A stretch of DNA of 64,000 bases from Octopus sinensis (Eukaryota), in NCBI RefSeq assembly GCF_006345805.1, contig NC_042997.1, forward strand, positions 159,588,001 to 159,652,000. The letters are read 5' to 3'. Positions 50,833-64,000 of the stretch are shown here, piece after piece. Under the pieces are notes generated by a model. That model searched no databases, was not told the origin of the DNA, and worked only from the letters and a program-made list of their open reading frames with translations. Numbering within the stretch: position 1 is the first letter of the stretch; every line of letters begins with the position of its first letter. Position numbers and translations under genes: made by a program.

Positions 50833-50870
50833 CAGTTGAAAAGGTCTCAAAATGACCGAAACCGGTACTG
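50833..50870 (+). ncRNA. Degenerate minimal hammerhead motif
   Basis: CAG-[UUGAAAA]-GGUC(UCAAAAU)GACC-[GAAA]-CCGG-[UA]-CUG; two core changes (C3U, G8A); followed by (TA)n. Confidence 0.5.
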
Positions 50871-50993
50871 AAATGTTCACTATAAAATTATTTTAGCATT
50901 TTCTATTTTTTACTTGTTTTTTCATATATATATATATATATACATATATACATACGTATATATACATACGTACATACACATAATATGGTGCAT

Positions 50994-51313
50994 CTAAAGA
51001 CTCCGCCGGTTACGACGACGAGGGTCCCAGCTGATACGATCAACGGAACAGCTTGCTCGTGAAATTAACGTGCAAATGGCTGAGCATTCCACAGACACGT
51101 GTACCCTTAACGTAGTTCTCGGGGATAATCAGCGTGACACAGAGAGTGACAAGGCTTTGAAATACAAGTACAACTCATTTTTGCCAGCTGAATGGACTGG
51201 AGCAACGTGAAATAAAGTGTCTTGCTCAAGGACACAACGCGTCGCCGGGAATCAAACTCACAACCTTACGATCATGAGCCGAATGCCCTAACCACTAAGC
51301 CACGCGCCCTCAC
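50994..51313 (-). mobile_element. SINE family 2 with 11-bp TSD
   Basis: Near-identical to 8707-9033; TSD ATATGGTGCAT at 50983-50993 and 51314-51324. Confidence 0.9.
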
Positions 51314-52158
51314 ATATGGTGCATACACACATATGCAAGCCGTGAATGATTTGACTGCTATTTCTAGCTGGTCAGATCACGGCGTAGAATTTCCATATTT
51401 GCTTCCTCTTTAGATATGTGGTAGTGACGTCGGTAGAGGTACAAACTGGAAGTTAATCCTGCAGTATAACTTATACAAGTTCATAGTATTAATAATTAGT
51501 TCCTCGAGTGTAAAAGAAGTAGGATGTAAACCATTTCGTTTCCTTATGTACTGTTAGACAATAAAGAAATGTAAGGAAGCGATAAAGAGATGAAGCGAAT
51601 AAGAGATTAAACGATCAAGTCAGAGTTATGTCCCTTGATCATTTACACACCGCAGTACTAGTTGTGAAATAGCATGACACAGCATTCAACTTGTAAATCA
51701 GTATCTTAATCATTTCGGAGGAAGAAAGTCAAAGGGAGATAACCCTCTATTTTACCTGGTTAATAGATATTTACATGTAAACTTTCATGCAAGCCAACGA
51801 GAAAGCGTTTAATAGTTACAAGTTCTGATTGAAGTAGCAGTCAAATTCCATTCTAATACTACGCTACCATTCTTAAAAATACTATGTTTATAGCTGTAAC
51901 AATTTTGAGTATAGTTGTGCATGGTGTGTATTTAAACAACAACAATCTAACTTTATGTATGATTGGAGTAACTATTCTAGTCCTGGACTCAATGGAATGT
52001 CTGTAGTGTGGTATGAAGAAATAACAGTCAGATGCTTTATCCACTTGACCATTCCAATTCTACATGACATAAAAACGGACATTTATTTAATTGTGACTAA
52101 GATTCAATCCTGTATACACACATACACGCACACACACACACATACACGCACACACACA

Positions 52159-52196
<38 letters not shown>

Positions 52197-52819
52197 TATA
52201 TATATATACATACATACATGTATATGTGTTTACATATATATATATATATTATATATTTAATGTTAAAGCAAATGTGTAAAAAGAATAAAATAAATCGTGA
52301 AATCATCGGGCAAAATATATTTTGGTATGCATTGGTTTCAAACCCAGCGATGTCTTATTTGTCTTTCTTCTTTTCTGGCTGGTAAAAATAAGTCCCGGTG
52401 AAGTACAGAGGCGAATATGATCAATTACACACTATTCCTTAAACTTGAAGATGTCTGTCTCTGTTAGGAATATTAGTGTGTGGTACTTGGGGCAGCGAAT
52501 ATGTACAAATGAGAAAGTGTCTTGCAAAATGCCTTGTTTATTTAGTTGTAGATCTTTATGTTCTACGTTCAAATTATCTATCCCATTGATAGAATAGGGG
52601 GACAAAAAATTTGGGAGTGTTGCCTTTCGTACATGTGTCCGGATGTTCACTAAGTGGAATAGGCTCGGAAGGTGGTTGTAGCAAACAGAAAAGCGGTCGT
52701 CGATGCGGCAAGTTTCTGCATATGAAAGCATCACCGGCAAGCTACGCTTTCATAAAGTCCGTGCGGGATGGGTGCAAAGTGAGCTTAGCGAAGCGCATAA
52801 GCAGAATCATGTAGAAAGC

Positions 52820-53525
52820 CATCAAAGCTTACTCTACTGCCACAGCAATGAAGGCCGAACGTTTTTGTAGAGAATAATCAAAGGGAATGATGCTTGTGTT
52901 CATCACTTTGAGCCAGACTCTAAAAGACAGAGTATGGATTGGAAACAAGCGAAATTACCCACGAGATATTAATTCAAGTCTCAACTTTCGTCAGAACTGA
53001 AAAGATGAGATGCTAAGCGATTTTATTTTTGGAACGCAGAAATCCTTATAAGGGAACTGGAACTTTACTTGGAAATGTTGTGTACAGTCATCAGTGTAGG
53101 ATAGAGTGAAATGCTGGCCAACAAACTGAAACGAGCAATTCACTCCAAACGACTAGGTCTGCTGCACAATGCACTCCAGCTTACAGCCTCCCACACCACT
53201 AAGATCAATGAAAAGTTGTGCTTCAAGATGCGGAAAAACCCTCCATACAGTTCAGATTTTACTCCTTATCACCTATTTGGACAGCTGAAACATACTTTAC
53301 TTGGTCATCAATTTGCTCCGAATGAAGTGTAAGAAGTGCTGCATAAATGGCTGTACGACCACCCGACAATCTTCATCTCTGAAGCAATAAGCAGGCTTGT
53401 GGATCGCTGGAAGAATTACATTGAAAAGCAATGAAATCATTTCGGAAGATGATTTAATTGTCATTTTAAAGTCGTGTTTTGTGGTATTATGGCCCATTGA
53501 AATAAGGAGTTGTTGACTGAGATGT
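52820..53525 (+). mobile_element. Mariner transposase remnant
   Basis: RII.GND..VHHFEPDSKRQSMDWK, LHN..HT, NPPYSSDF.PYHLFGQLKH.L.GHQF, HKWL..F..AISRLVDRW..IEKQ. Confidence 0.8.
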
Positions 53526-54559
53526 ATCTAGGTATAGGTGGCTAATCAAGTATTCGTGCTTAGTTTGAAGATGATTGAAACTTTTTCTTTTCTGATTTGT
53601 TTAGGGATAATGTTAAATAGGTCAGGTCCTGTTGAGGAAAAGGAAACGTGTTGCAGAGAATTTATGTATTGTGAGCCTGAATTGTGCGGAGGAAGAACTG
53701 CTTCAAGAATGAAAAACACAATACAACTGTTGAGTAATAATATATTGTGTATATTGAAAATTTCAGTGCGCGCGCAAGCACTCACGCACACGAACACGTA
53801 CATACCTTGAGGAGTAGTATATATTCTTGAACCGGTGTTCAAGATAATGTACCACAAAAGCTGGTCACACCAATTAGTATGACATTTTCTATGACGAATC
53901 AACTTGTATCAGGGATTTCTATGAACTCTGGAATATCAACTGGTGAAAGCTAGAACTTTAGATGACATAAAAAATATATATCAAAGCGCAGGTAATGTAT
54001 TCTTCGTTTGGTTGAACTTGTATGAATACTTGAGTATACACTGTTATTGAAATATATGTAGCATGCATATATGTATGTTTGATTGTATATCTATATATCT
54101 ATATCTATATATATAAAAGTGTGTTTGTATGTGTGTATGTGTATGTGCGCGCGTATGTTCTTCGTGTAATCGAAAACTGAGTTGCCGATGTTGACTTAAA
54201 GATTCAGTATTTTTCTGGCTTTCAAATAATCTTTACTTTAGTTTACGTATTCGAATTACAAAAATTTAAAATTATAATCTTTTTCTAAGTTAAATATCGT
54301 AAACGACATTTTATTCCATGACGACGACGACGTCACATTTTCTATATGAGTGTAGGTGTCTGTCAATGTGCGCGTGTGTTTGCGCGTTCGTTATCTAGGT
54401 TAGACTGACAAGCATGTGTGTGGCGATGTATGCGTCTGTCAGCAGAGGATCTGGCAGATTGTAATTTTCTACAATGCGCTTTCGATCAAATTCACTCAAA
54501 TCACAACATTGTGTACTGAAAACTGAGTGCATATCAAAGAAATTGTTATATACATACAT

Positions 54560-56530
54560 ACGCAGATTCATTCATACATGTATTGGCGACCGCTTAATGG
54601 GCTCGAGCGGAAGAGGCACGGCGTGAGAAGAAATCCACGATCCGATCATCGCCAGATCGCGATGGGCATTTGATAATTGATGTGAAACAAATGTGTGCGT
54701 CTTTTCAGCGGCATTTCACTCAACTGTTTGGAAGTATCGGTGAGCCGAGTCGCAGGATGGATTTTACATCCTACCTCGACGAATTTCTGCAGCTCTCAAC
54801 AGAGGAGGGGAGAGCAGTGAAAGGCCGATAATAGCCTTTGAAATACGTGAAGCAATGGCTAGCTGCAAGAGGGGTAAATTGCCTAGTTTTGCCGGTCTGC
54901 CCTACAAGCTTTATCCTTACATGTCAGACTTGCTAGGCGACCTCTTGGCAAACGTTTACTGCAGCTGGCAACAGAATGAGAGCATTCGCAGTTTTGTGAG
55001 CCGAGGAGCAATGGAGTTGCTGAGTAAAGACCCGAAAAAGGGGGATTTTAGACCAATTACTCTGCTAAATACAGAGTTCAAAGTTTTGGCCAAGGTATCA
55101 CCTACGAGTTTAGCGCTTGTCGTCGGTTATCTGGTTAAAGAGGCGTAGATATACGCCATCCCGAAAAGATCCAACCGCAAAAACCTACACTTCATGCAAT
55201 ACATCATAGAGAAAGTAGCTAAAGGACCTGATACGGATGAGGCCCTGAGTATTTAGTTCAGTCTAAAGCTTTCAATAGGGTCAACCATCTATACTTAGCG
55301 GCGGTCCTCAAGACAGCCGGGTTCGGACCTGTTTTCAGGGGATGGATCGCTTCAATGAACAACGACATCTGTTCAGTGGTAAGATCAAACTGCAACCTCT
55401 CTGAACCGTTCAATGTCACTTGCTCATTCGGGCGTGGTTGTCCCTTCTCGTCTCTATTGTACCTACTATAGCTCTCGAGCCGCTACTAGACAATCTTAGG
55501 TGTTTAGGGACATCCTGCGTGACCGAAGGTGTGGGAGATGCGCTTCGGCATATGCTGACGATGTCATCGTAGTAATGTCGGAAAATAAACACATTGAAGT
55601 GATCAGCACTGCTCTGAGGGACTACAAGGCGGTATTAAGGCGGCGAGCTGGCAGAAACGTTAGCATGCCGGGCGAAATGCTTAGCGGTATTTCGTCTGCC
55701 GTTACGTTGTGAGTTCAAATTCCGCCGAGGTCGACTTTGCCTTTCATTCTTTCGGGGGTCGATAAAACTAAGTACCAGTTACGCACTGGGGTCGATGTAA
55801 TCGACTTAATACCTATGTATGTCCTTGTTTGTCCCCTCTGTGTTTAGCCCCTTGTGGGTAATAAAGAAATAGGTATCATGGCACCTGGAAAATCAAGCTT
55901 ACACCGCTTAACTGTGTCGTTGGGCGCTGGACAGACGGACCGGTTAAATTGCTCGGAATCTGATTTGGTTTGGACCTCCGGATAGACAAAAACTGGGACG
56001 AGGTAACGATCATGGTGACTCTGGACCGAGAGGAAGCTATCCCTGATAGGTCGGACAGAGGTGGTTAACGCGTACATCGTGTCCATCAGACGCTTTCTTT
56101 AACGGAATCGCAACCCTGAATCAAACAGAGACCCAGACAAGACATTTGGAAAGTGGAATGTCAACAAGCGCTCATGGCCCTCTGCCAGTTGGATATTGCG
56201 ATACGTGTAACATCCACTTCAGCTTTCTACAGAGAATTAGTGGAGGGAAAGTGCGAGGGCGTTCTTGGGGAGACTTTTGATGTTGAAGGATATCAACTAG
56301 CCGCTCTTTTCTGGAGTACTTTCGGACCGGGACCAATGGATAACCTCCAAAGATTTCTGGCCTAGTGGTGCTACTGAGGAGCTTTGTTCGATCGAGGTAA
56401 ACTATATGGGCACAGATGTGCAGCGAGACGAACATGCCCGAGATGCGTGCAGGAGGACGAGACGGTTTGGTGGAGGTACTATCAGAAGTGGACATCTCTT
56501 TGTTGATTACAGCTGCATTGTACAGCATAG
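54560..56530 (+). mobile_element. L1/Tx1-clade ORF2 (RT) remnant interrupted by a SINE
   Basis: GKLPSFAGLPYKLY, DFRPITLLNTEFKVLAKV, SKAFNRVNH, RGCPFSSLL, SAYADDV, VKLLGIWFG; continuity restored on removing 55637-55876. Confidence 0.85.
55637..55876 (+). mobile_element. Full-length tRNA-derived SINE family 1 (tail type 1)
   Basis: A-box GGCGGCGAGCTGGCAGA, B-box GAGTTCAAATTCC, tail GCCCCTTGTGGGTAATAAAGAAA; possible short TSD GGTAT. Confidence 0.9.
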
Positions 56531-57280
56531 ATGACAAAGTAAAAATTCTTCAAGCTTACAAAACCGGAAAAGGGATTTGGTCTGGTTCAGGTGTGGAACT
56601 GATTTTGTACGCTGATTAGGGAACTGTCGCAGAAATTACAAACCTGGTAAAATTACTCGGTGGAATGCAACTCTTTGTAGCAGTAGAGGGCAGGAAGCTG
56701 CGATACCATATCTATGGTGAACAAAAAACCAAAACGTTTCAAGGCTTTCTGCTCCGCGCAAATAAAAGTGATAATGAAACCCCTGCTGCAGACACCTCTA
56801 CCATAACAACGACGACAGCAACAAAAACAACAGGAGTAGCACCACCAACAATAACGCCTACATCACCAGTACCAAAAGATGAGTGTCGTACGTCAAAGCA
56901 ACAACACCATCAACAGAAAGAGTAACAGGAGAATTCTATTCACCAACATAAGCAGCAAGCACGTGCACCATACCCGAGAAGAAACAAAACAACACTTGCA
57001 CATCGTAATACTGAGAAATTTCACCCACTCCATCTGACCAGATCATTGGCCTAGAAATGCGCGACTGTGCAGACGTACCACTGCTCACTACCACAGATGT
57101 AGCCAATGCTGAAACAAGACATTGCTATAGCATTTTCGATGAGCCCTTGAAAGCCCTTTCATGGCTGAGAAGTCATTTAAGATCTTATGCTGGGAAAGAC
57201 GTATTGCAAGTGCAGGAGGAATGCAAGCTCTGCAAGAAACAGACAGCCACTATATGTATATCAGAGATGTCATGTGGGTA
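56530..57280 (+). mobile_element. L1/Tx1-type ORF1 remnant
   Basis: TGKGIWSG.GVELILYAD..LFVAVEGRKLRYHIYG aligns loosely with RVWVEDRAPRCYKCG of 28400-28460, followed by a T/P-rich linker. Confidence 0.5.
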
Positions 57281-57499
57281 ATTTGGTTGAAACTTGGAGA
57301 ATGATATAAAATTTCAAAAGTAATTGTTCAGTAGAAAGCTGTAATTTTAGTGTTTATGTATACTATAAGGATAGTTTGTTGTGATGGGTTAGAAGTAGAT
57401 GAAATATTGTCATTTTGAACATTAGAAAAATATTTTGCCTTGAAGTCGTAAATCTTCTAAGAAGCGAATATATTTCTCTATATATTTGTAGTTTTAGTA

Positions 57500-58560
57500 C
57501 CCACCATAAAATTTAATACATGGTGTAAAATATTGATATTAAAAGAATATCTCGTAACATCTATTACAGAGAAATCTTTGGACAAGGAGAAAAACTATGT
57601 GTAATAAAATGCTGGATTAATGTTGTCGTAGAGTGTCACATTGTTAACGGTTTATATGCAAAAGATTTTTCAGTTGCCAAAATATTTGAAGGAATTCGGA
57701 ATATTTTATGGATGCTGAGTCTAAATATAACTGCATTTTCGTAACATTGACTCTTGCTTTTGAATTATTGGATACACTCAAAATGATTTTAATCCCATTT
57801 AACGATCAGTTGCTTAGAAGTATTGAAGGAATAATTTTATCTTAGCATCCAGACTAGTTGACTTATGCATGAAGTTAAAATAATAACTTATTGATCAAGA
57901 GTGGAGGAACTTCTTCCTTACTTCCGCCAAGATACAGAACTTAAACTTGAAAAATTCTTTGCAGCAGAATCGTAAATGTTATTCATCAACTTTACTTACT
58001 CGTCCAGTAACACTCAAAGAAGAATATAAAAAAATGTCAAAATAGTCTTATATGAGGTCTCTTATCATGATCAGAAATATTTTACGTGTCGACCAGTAGA
58101 TATTGAACTATTGCACTGAAAAATATTAAAGTGTATATTTCATCTACTTATAGAATAATAGAACAAAGTAAGATCATTAGGAAATAGTGAAATAGACTTT
58201 AAGGGAAAACACAACTGTAGGTGCTGTATACATAATACAAGAGACGTTGGCTGGCAAATATAAAATATGTCTATCACCACTCCTTATGAAGATGAAACTT
58301 ATGAAGGCTTTGGAAGAGAACGGTGATTGCTCCAAATATATTGATTGACAATTACTTGCACTTTGTACTGACAAACTGAAAAAGAAATCTTTGATATTTG
58401 ATGGTCTTGAGATTTGTAAACTGATCAAAGATTTGAATTTTATGAAATTTATGAATCATGCTGCATATGTGGTTAGGTTCACTTTTATTCTTAGCAATCA
58501 AGAAGTGTTTGAGTAACCATAAAGTAACGTTTTAGTGTTTTATCATGTAATAATGATTAC
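57500..58560 (+). mobile_element. Chapaev3-like transposase relic (central region)
   Basis: VTLKEEYK..VKIVLYEVSYHDQ, TVGAVYIIQETL..KICLSPLLMKMKLMKALEENGDCSKY, LIFDGLEICKLIKD..F; many stops and frameshifts. Confidence 0.6.
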
Positions 58561-58984
58561 ATCAATATACCAACTTTATTTTTTCATGCTGTTCTGTAGG
58601 ATTTTGTATTTCAGGAATTTCTTTGAAAAGCGATTTGAAGACTTTGTAGTTTTTATTCAATAAGGAACAAACATCTGTTACGTCTTTGAGCCAAGTACAA
58701 TCTCAGTAGTTCACATGTATTCTTTAAGCAAAGTTGCCATCAGTTAACATCTTCAAGTTTGTAGGTGCTGTTCTTCAACCAGTCTGTAATGGATAGCCAC
58801 CGGTTTTATTTCTTCAAATCTTTCTACATCTCTTATCGTCATTACCATTCTCCTTGTCGTTATCCCTATTACCATCACTTTATTTAGCGGAGAGAAACTA
58901 TTATAATGTATTTTACAAAAGTAACATCTTTAAACTGCACCTGTTCTACCGTATGTGCGTGAGATAATGTTTTGCGGTAATTCT

Positions 58985-59193
58985 TTTCTACTCTAAGCAC
59001 AAGGCCCAGAATTTTTGGGAGGGAGCCAGTCGGTTATTTCGATCCCATTGCGTAACTGGCACTTAATTTATCGACCCCGAAGGATGAAAGGCAAAGTCGA
59101 CGTCGGCACAATTTGAACTCAGAACGTAGACAGACGAAATACCGCAAAGCATTTCGCCCGGCGTGACAACGTTTCTGCCAGCTCGCTGCCTTA
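58985..59193 (-). mobile_element. SINE family 1 with tail type 2
   Basis: Head AGGCAGCGAGCTGGCAGAAACG..GAGTTCAAATTG on minus; tail matches 5029-5075. Confidence 0.85.
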
Positions 59194-59579
59194 AAGTTTT
59201 GTAGATATTGTGTAATTGTTAGTTTGAAGTTGTCCTATCGTCTGGGCTTTTGTTGGTCAAACTATAGGTTATTTACAAAAATGTGTTGGGGAATATTCCG
59301 ATAATAGATGTGTGCCCCTCTTCTTTGACTCAATAAGAAGAAACTATATATTCACCAAAATCTGCACATACGTGTATCAATAATTTCAAATTCTTGAAAT
59401 CTAGAACCTAAGGAATATAATATAAATATAATAATCCTAAAGCCCAGAAATTTTGGGGTGTCTCCTTTCTGGTTGCTGCAAAAGTTGGAAAGCTTAATTG
59501 AGCAAATTTCAACTGTCAAAATGCTCGTCGGTAGATATTAACGAGTGCATCCAATAATTTCCAGTTTGCTTTTTTTTTA

Positions 59580-61350
59580 TTGTTCTAATTTTTGTTGTTG
59601 TTTTTCCTCAGGTCTCCCTGTTCGTGCAGTCTTATTGCATAAATATTCTCGAACACCGAAGCATAGGTCACAGAGCAATCTTTTCAGTACTTCATCTCCA
59701 TCCAGCTGAGATCTATACTGCTCATCCCGACATGTGGTGCTGAATCGCATGGATTGTAAGGTGACACTCACGCTATGTTGCAATGTCTCTATTGCCCGGT
59801 CTATTTCTGTAAGCCTATATATTTTAGTAGTGGTTACAGCGTGGGCAAGCTAAGAAGACTCCGTTATAGCATTTTACTTGTTATGCATCTGCGGTTAATG
59901 TTGTCGGCTGCATTTCAGCGCATTGTCGAGAATTAACAAGGCTATTAAAGTTATGAATATTTTCTGAGGGTATATGTCTTTATGTTTAGCACGACTGATT
60001 GTGAGAGACAGTGTTTTAAAACGTTGTCGCGCTACGTTCTCTGAGGTGTTGGATATATTGTTGTTTGTAAGTTATTTGTCGTGCATTAAAAGGATCACGG
60101 ACAGCTGAAGTTTTCTACGGCAACAAAGTATGTCTCACACACGTCCAAATAATGTTTCATTTTTAATGTTTTATTTCCTTGTGTATTGAATCTCGGAATA
60201 CAGTCTGTGTACAACTTGTTATAGTGCAGGTAGCGCTGTTCTGTATCTTTGCAAAATACGTGAGTTTTTGTGGAAGTGTTGGAGCTCAGAGAGGACTACC
60301 GTAATCCATGACGGATCAAATGAAATATTTTTACATAGTTGCTGTTGTTTCTTCTGTTATCCAACCGTATTAATTGGTAAATATATTTCTAATCCATTTT
60401 GTCTTTTTACTATGTATCCTGGGTATGTTATGAATGTTCTAAAGAAGTTGAATGTAATCCGTAATAGTACCTTCCCTGATTCTATGTAATGTTTAGATTT
60501 CTAAGTGCAATTGCTGACCGTAGGTGATGATGACTTTTAGTATTGCTGGTAAAAATGAATTAGTGCATTTGGTAGGTGCTACTTTATATTTTATTTTATG
60601 AATATATTTTTCTAAGTAATTTAAGCAAGGTTAGAACAGTTGTGCAGCATTTTCTGAAGAATGATGAATGGTATTAATGTAAATCAATCTGCATATGAAG
60701 TTTCATCTGTAAATCTTTGTGAAATATCCCTGAATTGTGCATGTATAAGTTTAAAAGATTGCGTGAGAAAACGGACCCCTGTAATAATGCATCTGAAAAA
60801 TGTCAAGACCTGGAAATGTGATGTTTGTGAATTTAGCCTGATAGTTAACTAGGCAGCATTTTATCTTTGTACAGATTATCTAAAATTTTAGTAGAGAAGT
60901 TGGAAGGACATAAAATAGAAAACATTGGTTAGGTCGATGGCAGATAGATTCATTTGTGTGAAAAGAATTTAATTGGTGGGATGGTGGGGATCAGTAAACG
61001 TGAACATTAATTTTTTTGTTTAGTGTGATTGGCTAAGTGTTGAGGTTTGAATTTAGATGTGATTTTGAGAGGAGTGAGGCCTAGGTGAGTAAAGTTCAAG
61101 ATTCTCAGATTTAGAGTCTTGGAGAGTGTGAATAGAAAAGTGATAGATAATTCTGATTCCAGGATTTTCTGCGCTTTACGAGTATTATAACTTTATCCAG
61201 TTTCGAGAATCCAGAAATTGGATACCGTTAGAAATTGTGGTTGCAGTTGTTGGTGAGTGCAATGATTTCTTCAGACTTTAAATGATTTACGTTTATCATT
61301 GTAATATAGTCTAACCCTATAGGATTGTTCGTAAATTCTGTTGTTTATTA
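59580..61350 (-). mobile_element. Ancient Penelope-like RT/GIY-YIG relic
   Basis: Scattered motif remnants on minus (KVAPT, KRQNGLEIY, RYLHY.SC, LACPRCNHY.YIG, VTL..RF..RDEQYR); heavily decayed. Confidence 0.45.
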
Positions 61351-63177
61351 GATTTTGGGTAAATAATCTGTAATACACACTTATGGGGATTTTAGAAGCT
61401 GGTTCGTGCAAAGTCATAAATTGTGACGTATTGTTTAGTTATACCGGAAGGAGTCTTTAGGACAAATTTATTTCTCTTAAAATATCGAAGCTTTCTGCTC
61501 TCCAAAATTAAGATGAAATTAATTAATCGTGAACTATTTACGGAGGCTGTCCGGTATTCTTCCGGCGTCACCATTATTTCGAAATAAAGGTTTACACCAA
61601 GAACTTTGTAAACTTTCTCTACACTTTCATTCAAAATTCATCCAGAGTTATTCTGGAAGGTAAAGGCGAACTATGAGTTGGGTTTTATAAATACCTCCGT
61701 TGATCTCAAATAAGAAATCATTTAATTTTATATAGAGGCACAAGTATGTATGTATTCTGGCAGTTTTACTACCACGGTTTTTGTCTTCTTCCTCGTAGTT
61801 AAATAGTATAACATCTAGTCTGTAGGAGAGACATTCTTCACATGACTGATGTATGGCTTTATTTCATTATTATCTATATAAAACATTTCCGAAGCAGGTT
61901 TGCAAACCTGGAGATGTTCTTTCCATTTCATTATTCTACGTCTGGTTTTGTTATGTGAATTTTAGGAAGTGGGTTGCAGGAATAATATGTGCACTCAAGA
62001 AACTAATCTATGGTACATTCAGCAGAAAAAAGCAACAGACAGTGAAGAGAAAACTGTTCTATGGTTATTGGTTAAAAGTAGCAGGGAAAACCCCGAATAT
62101 TGGCAGAGAGACTAGGAACATGTAGGAACATGTGTGTAAGTAAAAGCATCCCTTGCATGCATCATTGTGACCAAAGACACATAATCCACAGACTACATAT
62201 TCCTGTCCTGTACCTAACCAACATATCTGCGTCCTATTGCTTCTAATCAAACATGTATCAACATGTAAAACCTCACTTGACCTTGTAGCTGTTGTTATGG
62301 CATTCATCAATAACTGATGGCTGATCAGATGAGAACACATGTGTTTAAAGAGTGATTTTTTTTACTGTTTTTTCCGAGCATTTCTCGCTTATACATTAAA
62401 GGATCTATCTATCTACCTATCTGAGCATAATTAACACATGCACTATACATGTAAAATAAAATTCATTTTGAAGTGAACGGTGAATAAAATTTTTTCGTGA
62501 CTAATATAATATATATAATGATTTCCAATTTAAGGAAATCTAGAATGCGTTTCATTTTCATTGAGCGGAGAGTCACTGACAGAAGTGTTAAACTTGCCGT
62601 AACATGCCGCAGAATAAGCGATCGAAGTGCTCATTGAAGTTCATTTCATGATCTATAGAAATGACGTTTGTGTGTTATTTACGTGTTCACCATCTTTGTG
62701 TGATTTAGGACGACTGTCACTTTACAACTACGTGGTTACACGTTCGATCTTCCTACGCAGCATTTTAGAATAATATCTTCTATCAAATCCTCTGACCCAT
62801 AGTGTGGAAATTCTAATTTTGGGGCATGTTAGACTTACCGACCTCACTTAACTTTTGAAGGTTTTTAACATACTACACTCAATTACAAAGAGCGTTGTCC
62901 CTTTCTTAGTATTATCTTTTCCTATCTGCTTCCATATATCTACTTAGTTGAGGAGGCTGAACAATTCAATATCAATCTCTCTGAAGTTATTTATTATGGT
63001 TTTATCTTTTCCTGTATTTAATAATAAGATACGATGGAAATATTTTAAAGACGGCTTCATACTAAGGGAAAATAAAAAAAATAATGCTGCAATCACAATA
63101 TTATGATATTAATAGAAAAATGCTAAAAATTGACGTAAATGTAAATAGAAATAATCTGCTCTGGATCATATCAATTA

Positions 63178-63194
63178 TTCACACACACGCACGC

Positions 63195-63263
<69 letters not shown>

Positions 63264-63400
63264 TATATATTGAAAACAAACAAAGAAAATTGACATAAAT
63301 ATGCAGATAGAAATAATCTGCCCCTGATCATATCAGTTATCCACACACACACACACACACATTCACACATCCACACACCCACACATACACGAGAACATAC
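63178..63400. repeat. Two ~160-bp tandem units each of AATAATCTGC..GATCATATCA.TTAT plus (CA)n
   Basis: Shared ~30-bp leader at ~63150 and ~63311, each followed by CA repeats. Confidence 0.6.
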
Positions 63401-63701
63401 TCACACACACATATATGCTGAAAACATCAAAAAAGTGAATGCTTTGAGAACTTTATCGTGGAGAAAGTAAGACAATATTTACGATATTAACTAAGCAACT
63501 ACCGGTTTCGTTATATAAAAGGAAAAATAATTCAAATACATTCAGTTGAAGTTTTCATAATATCAGTTCTGGAAGTTTACGGGATTTTGTTATAAAAATC
63601 ACATAGTGCTCTATTTCCTGTCCTTTCTGTTGTTGAGTAGCAGCTGACAGCACTAGCAGCCAGCAGTGAGTTAACATGAAGCAGTAGAAAAAACACCGAC
63701 C

Positions 63702-63781
<80 letters not shown>
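63702..63781. repeat. (AAT)n microsatellite
   Basis: Directly visible. Confidence 0.95.
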
Positions 63782-63782
<1 letters not shown>

Positions 63783-64000
63783 CATAAACACAAAGAAGAA
63801 GAAGAAGATGATGAAGAAACAACAAAAGCTATAAAACAAATGAAATCCAAACTAAAAATAGAACACCAACGAGCCATGATAAAACGATGGCAAGAAAAGC
63901 CCCTTCATGGTAAATACTGCACTAAACTAAACGCAAAAGAAATAGACAAAGAAAAATCCCAGCAATGGTTGAGAAGCTCAGGACTCAAAGCAGAAACAGA
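63782..64000 (+). mobile_element. 5'-truncated R4/Dong family A copy running off the window end
   Basis: Near-identical to 14175-14390 (EEEEDEETTKAIKQMKSKLKIE..RWQEKPLHGKY..SQQWLRSSGLKAET). Confidence 0.9.

Noticed and set aside
53913-53991. Exon-like segment with AG acceptor and GTAATG donor
   Set aside because: All three frames contain stops and no partner exons were found; could only be a non-coding exon, unsupported without RNA data.
54095-54350. Possible Helitron 5' end (ATCTATATATATAAAAGTGTG)
   Set aside because: Start resembles 24929 but no matching hairpin-CTAG 3' end was found.
61850-62320. Possible piggyBac C-terminal remnant (FRKWVAGIIC, STCKTSL)
   Set aside because: Motif similarity too weak and no TTAA or TIR seen; needs a profile search.

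Overview
AT-rich, microsatellite-dense eukaryotic genomic DNA. The repeat families and the (AAT)n/(TA)n/(ATGT)n load resemble a coleoid cephalopod, probably Octopus (inference from pattern recognition, not a database search). One host gene can be assembled: a 3-exon secreted protein of 257 aa (signal peptide + PAN/Apple-like domain + C-type lectin domain; exons 6533-6887, 10244-10423, 16828-17066, both introns phase 1). Most of the rest is recognisable transposon debris: R4/Dong-clade non-LTR elements sitting in (AAT)n, CR1 and L1/Tx1 LINE pieces, several Penelope-like elements (PLEs), tRNA-derived SINEs, Tc1, mariner, Tigger/pogo, Chapaev3-like and Helitron elements. The most striking signal is a set of nine hammerhead-ribozyme (HHR) motifs from seven different sequence contexts between 19.7 and 50.9 kb, folded by eye. 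Four HHR-bearing insertions share one architecture: head-to-head inverted copies with 3' ends pointing outward into (TA)n tracts. One is a 606-bp spacerless palindrome and one has 1.8-kb arms. In one, the 5' end of the copy maps 8 nt from the predicted ribozyme cleavage site. An ORF1-only L1-like element also appears to share its 3' tail with a SINE family.
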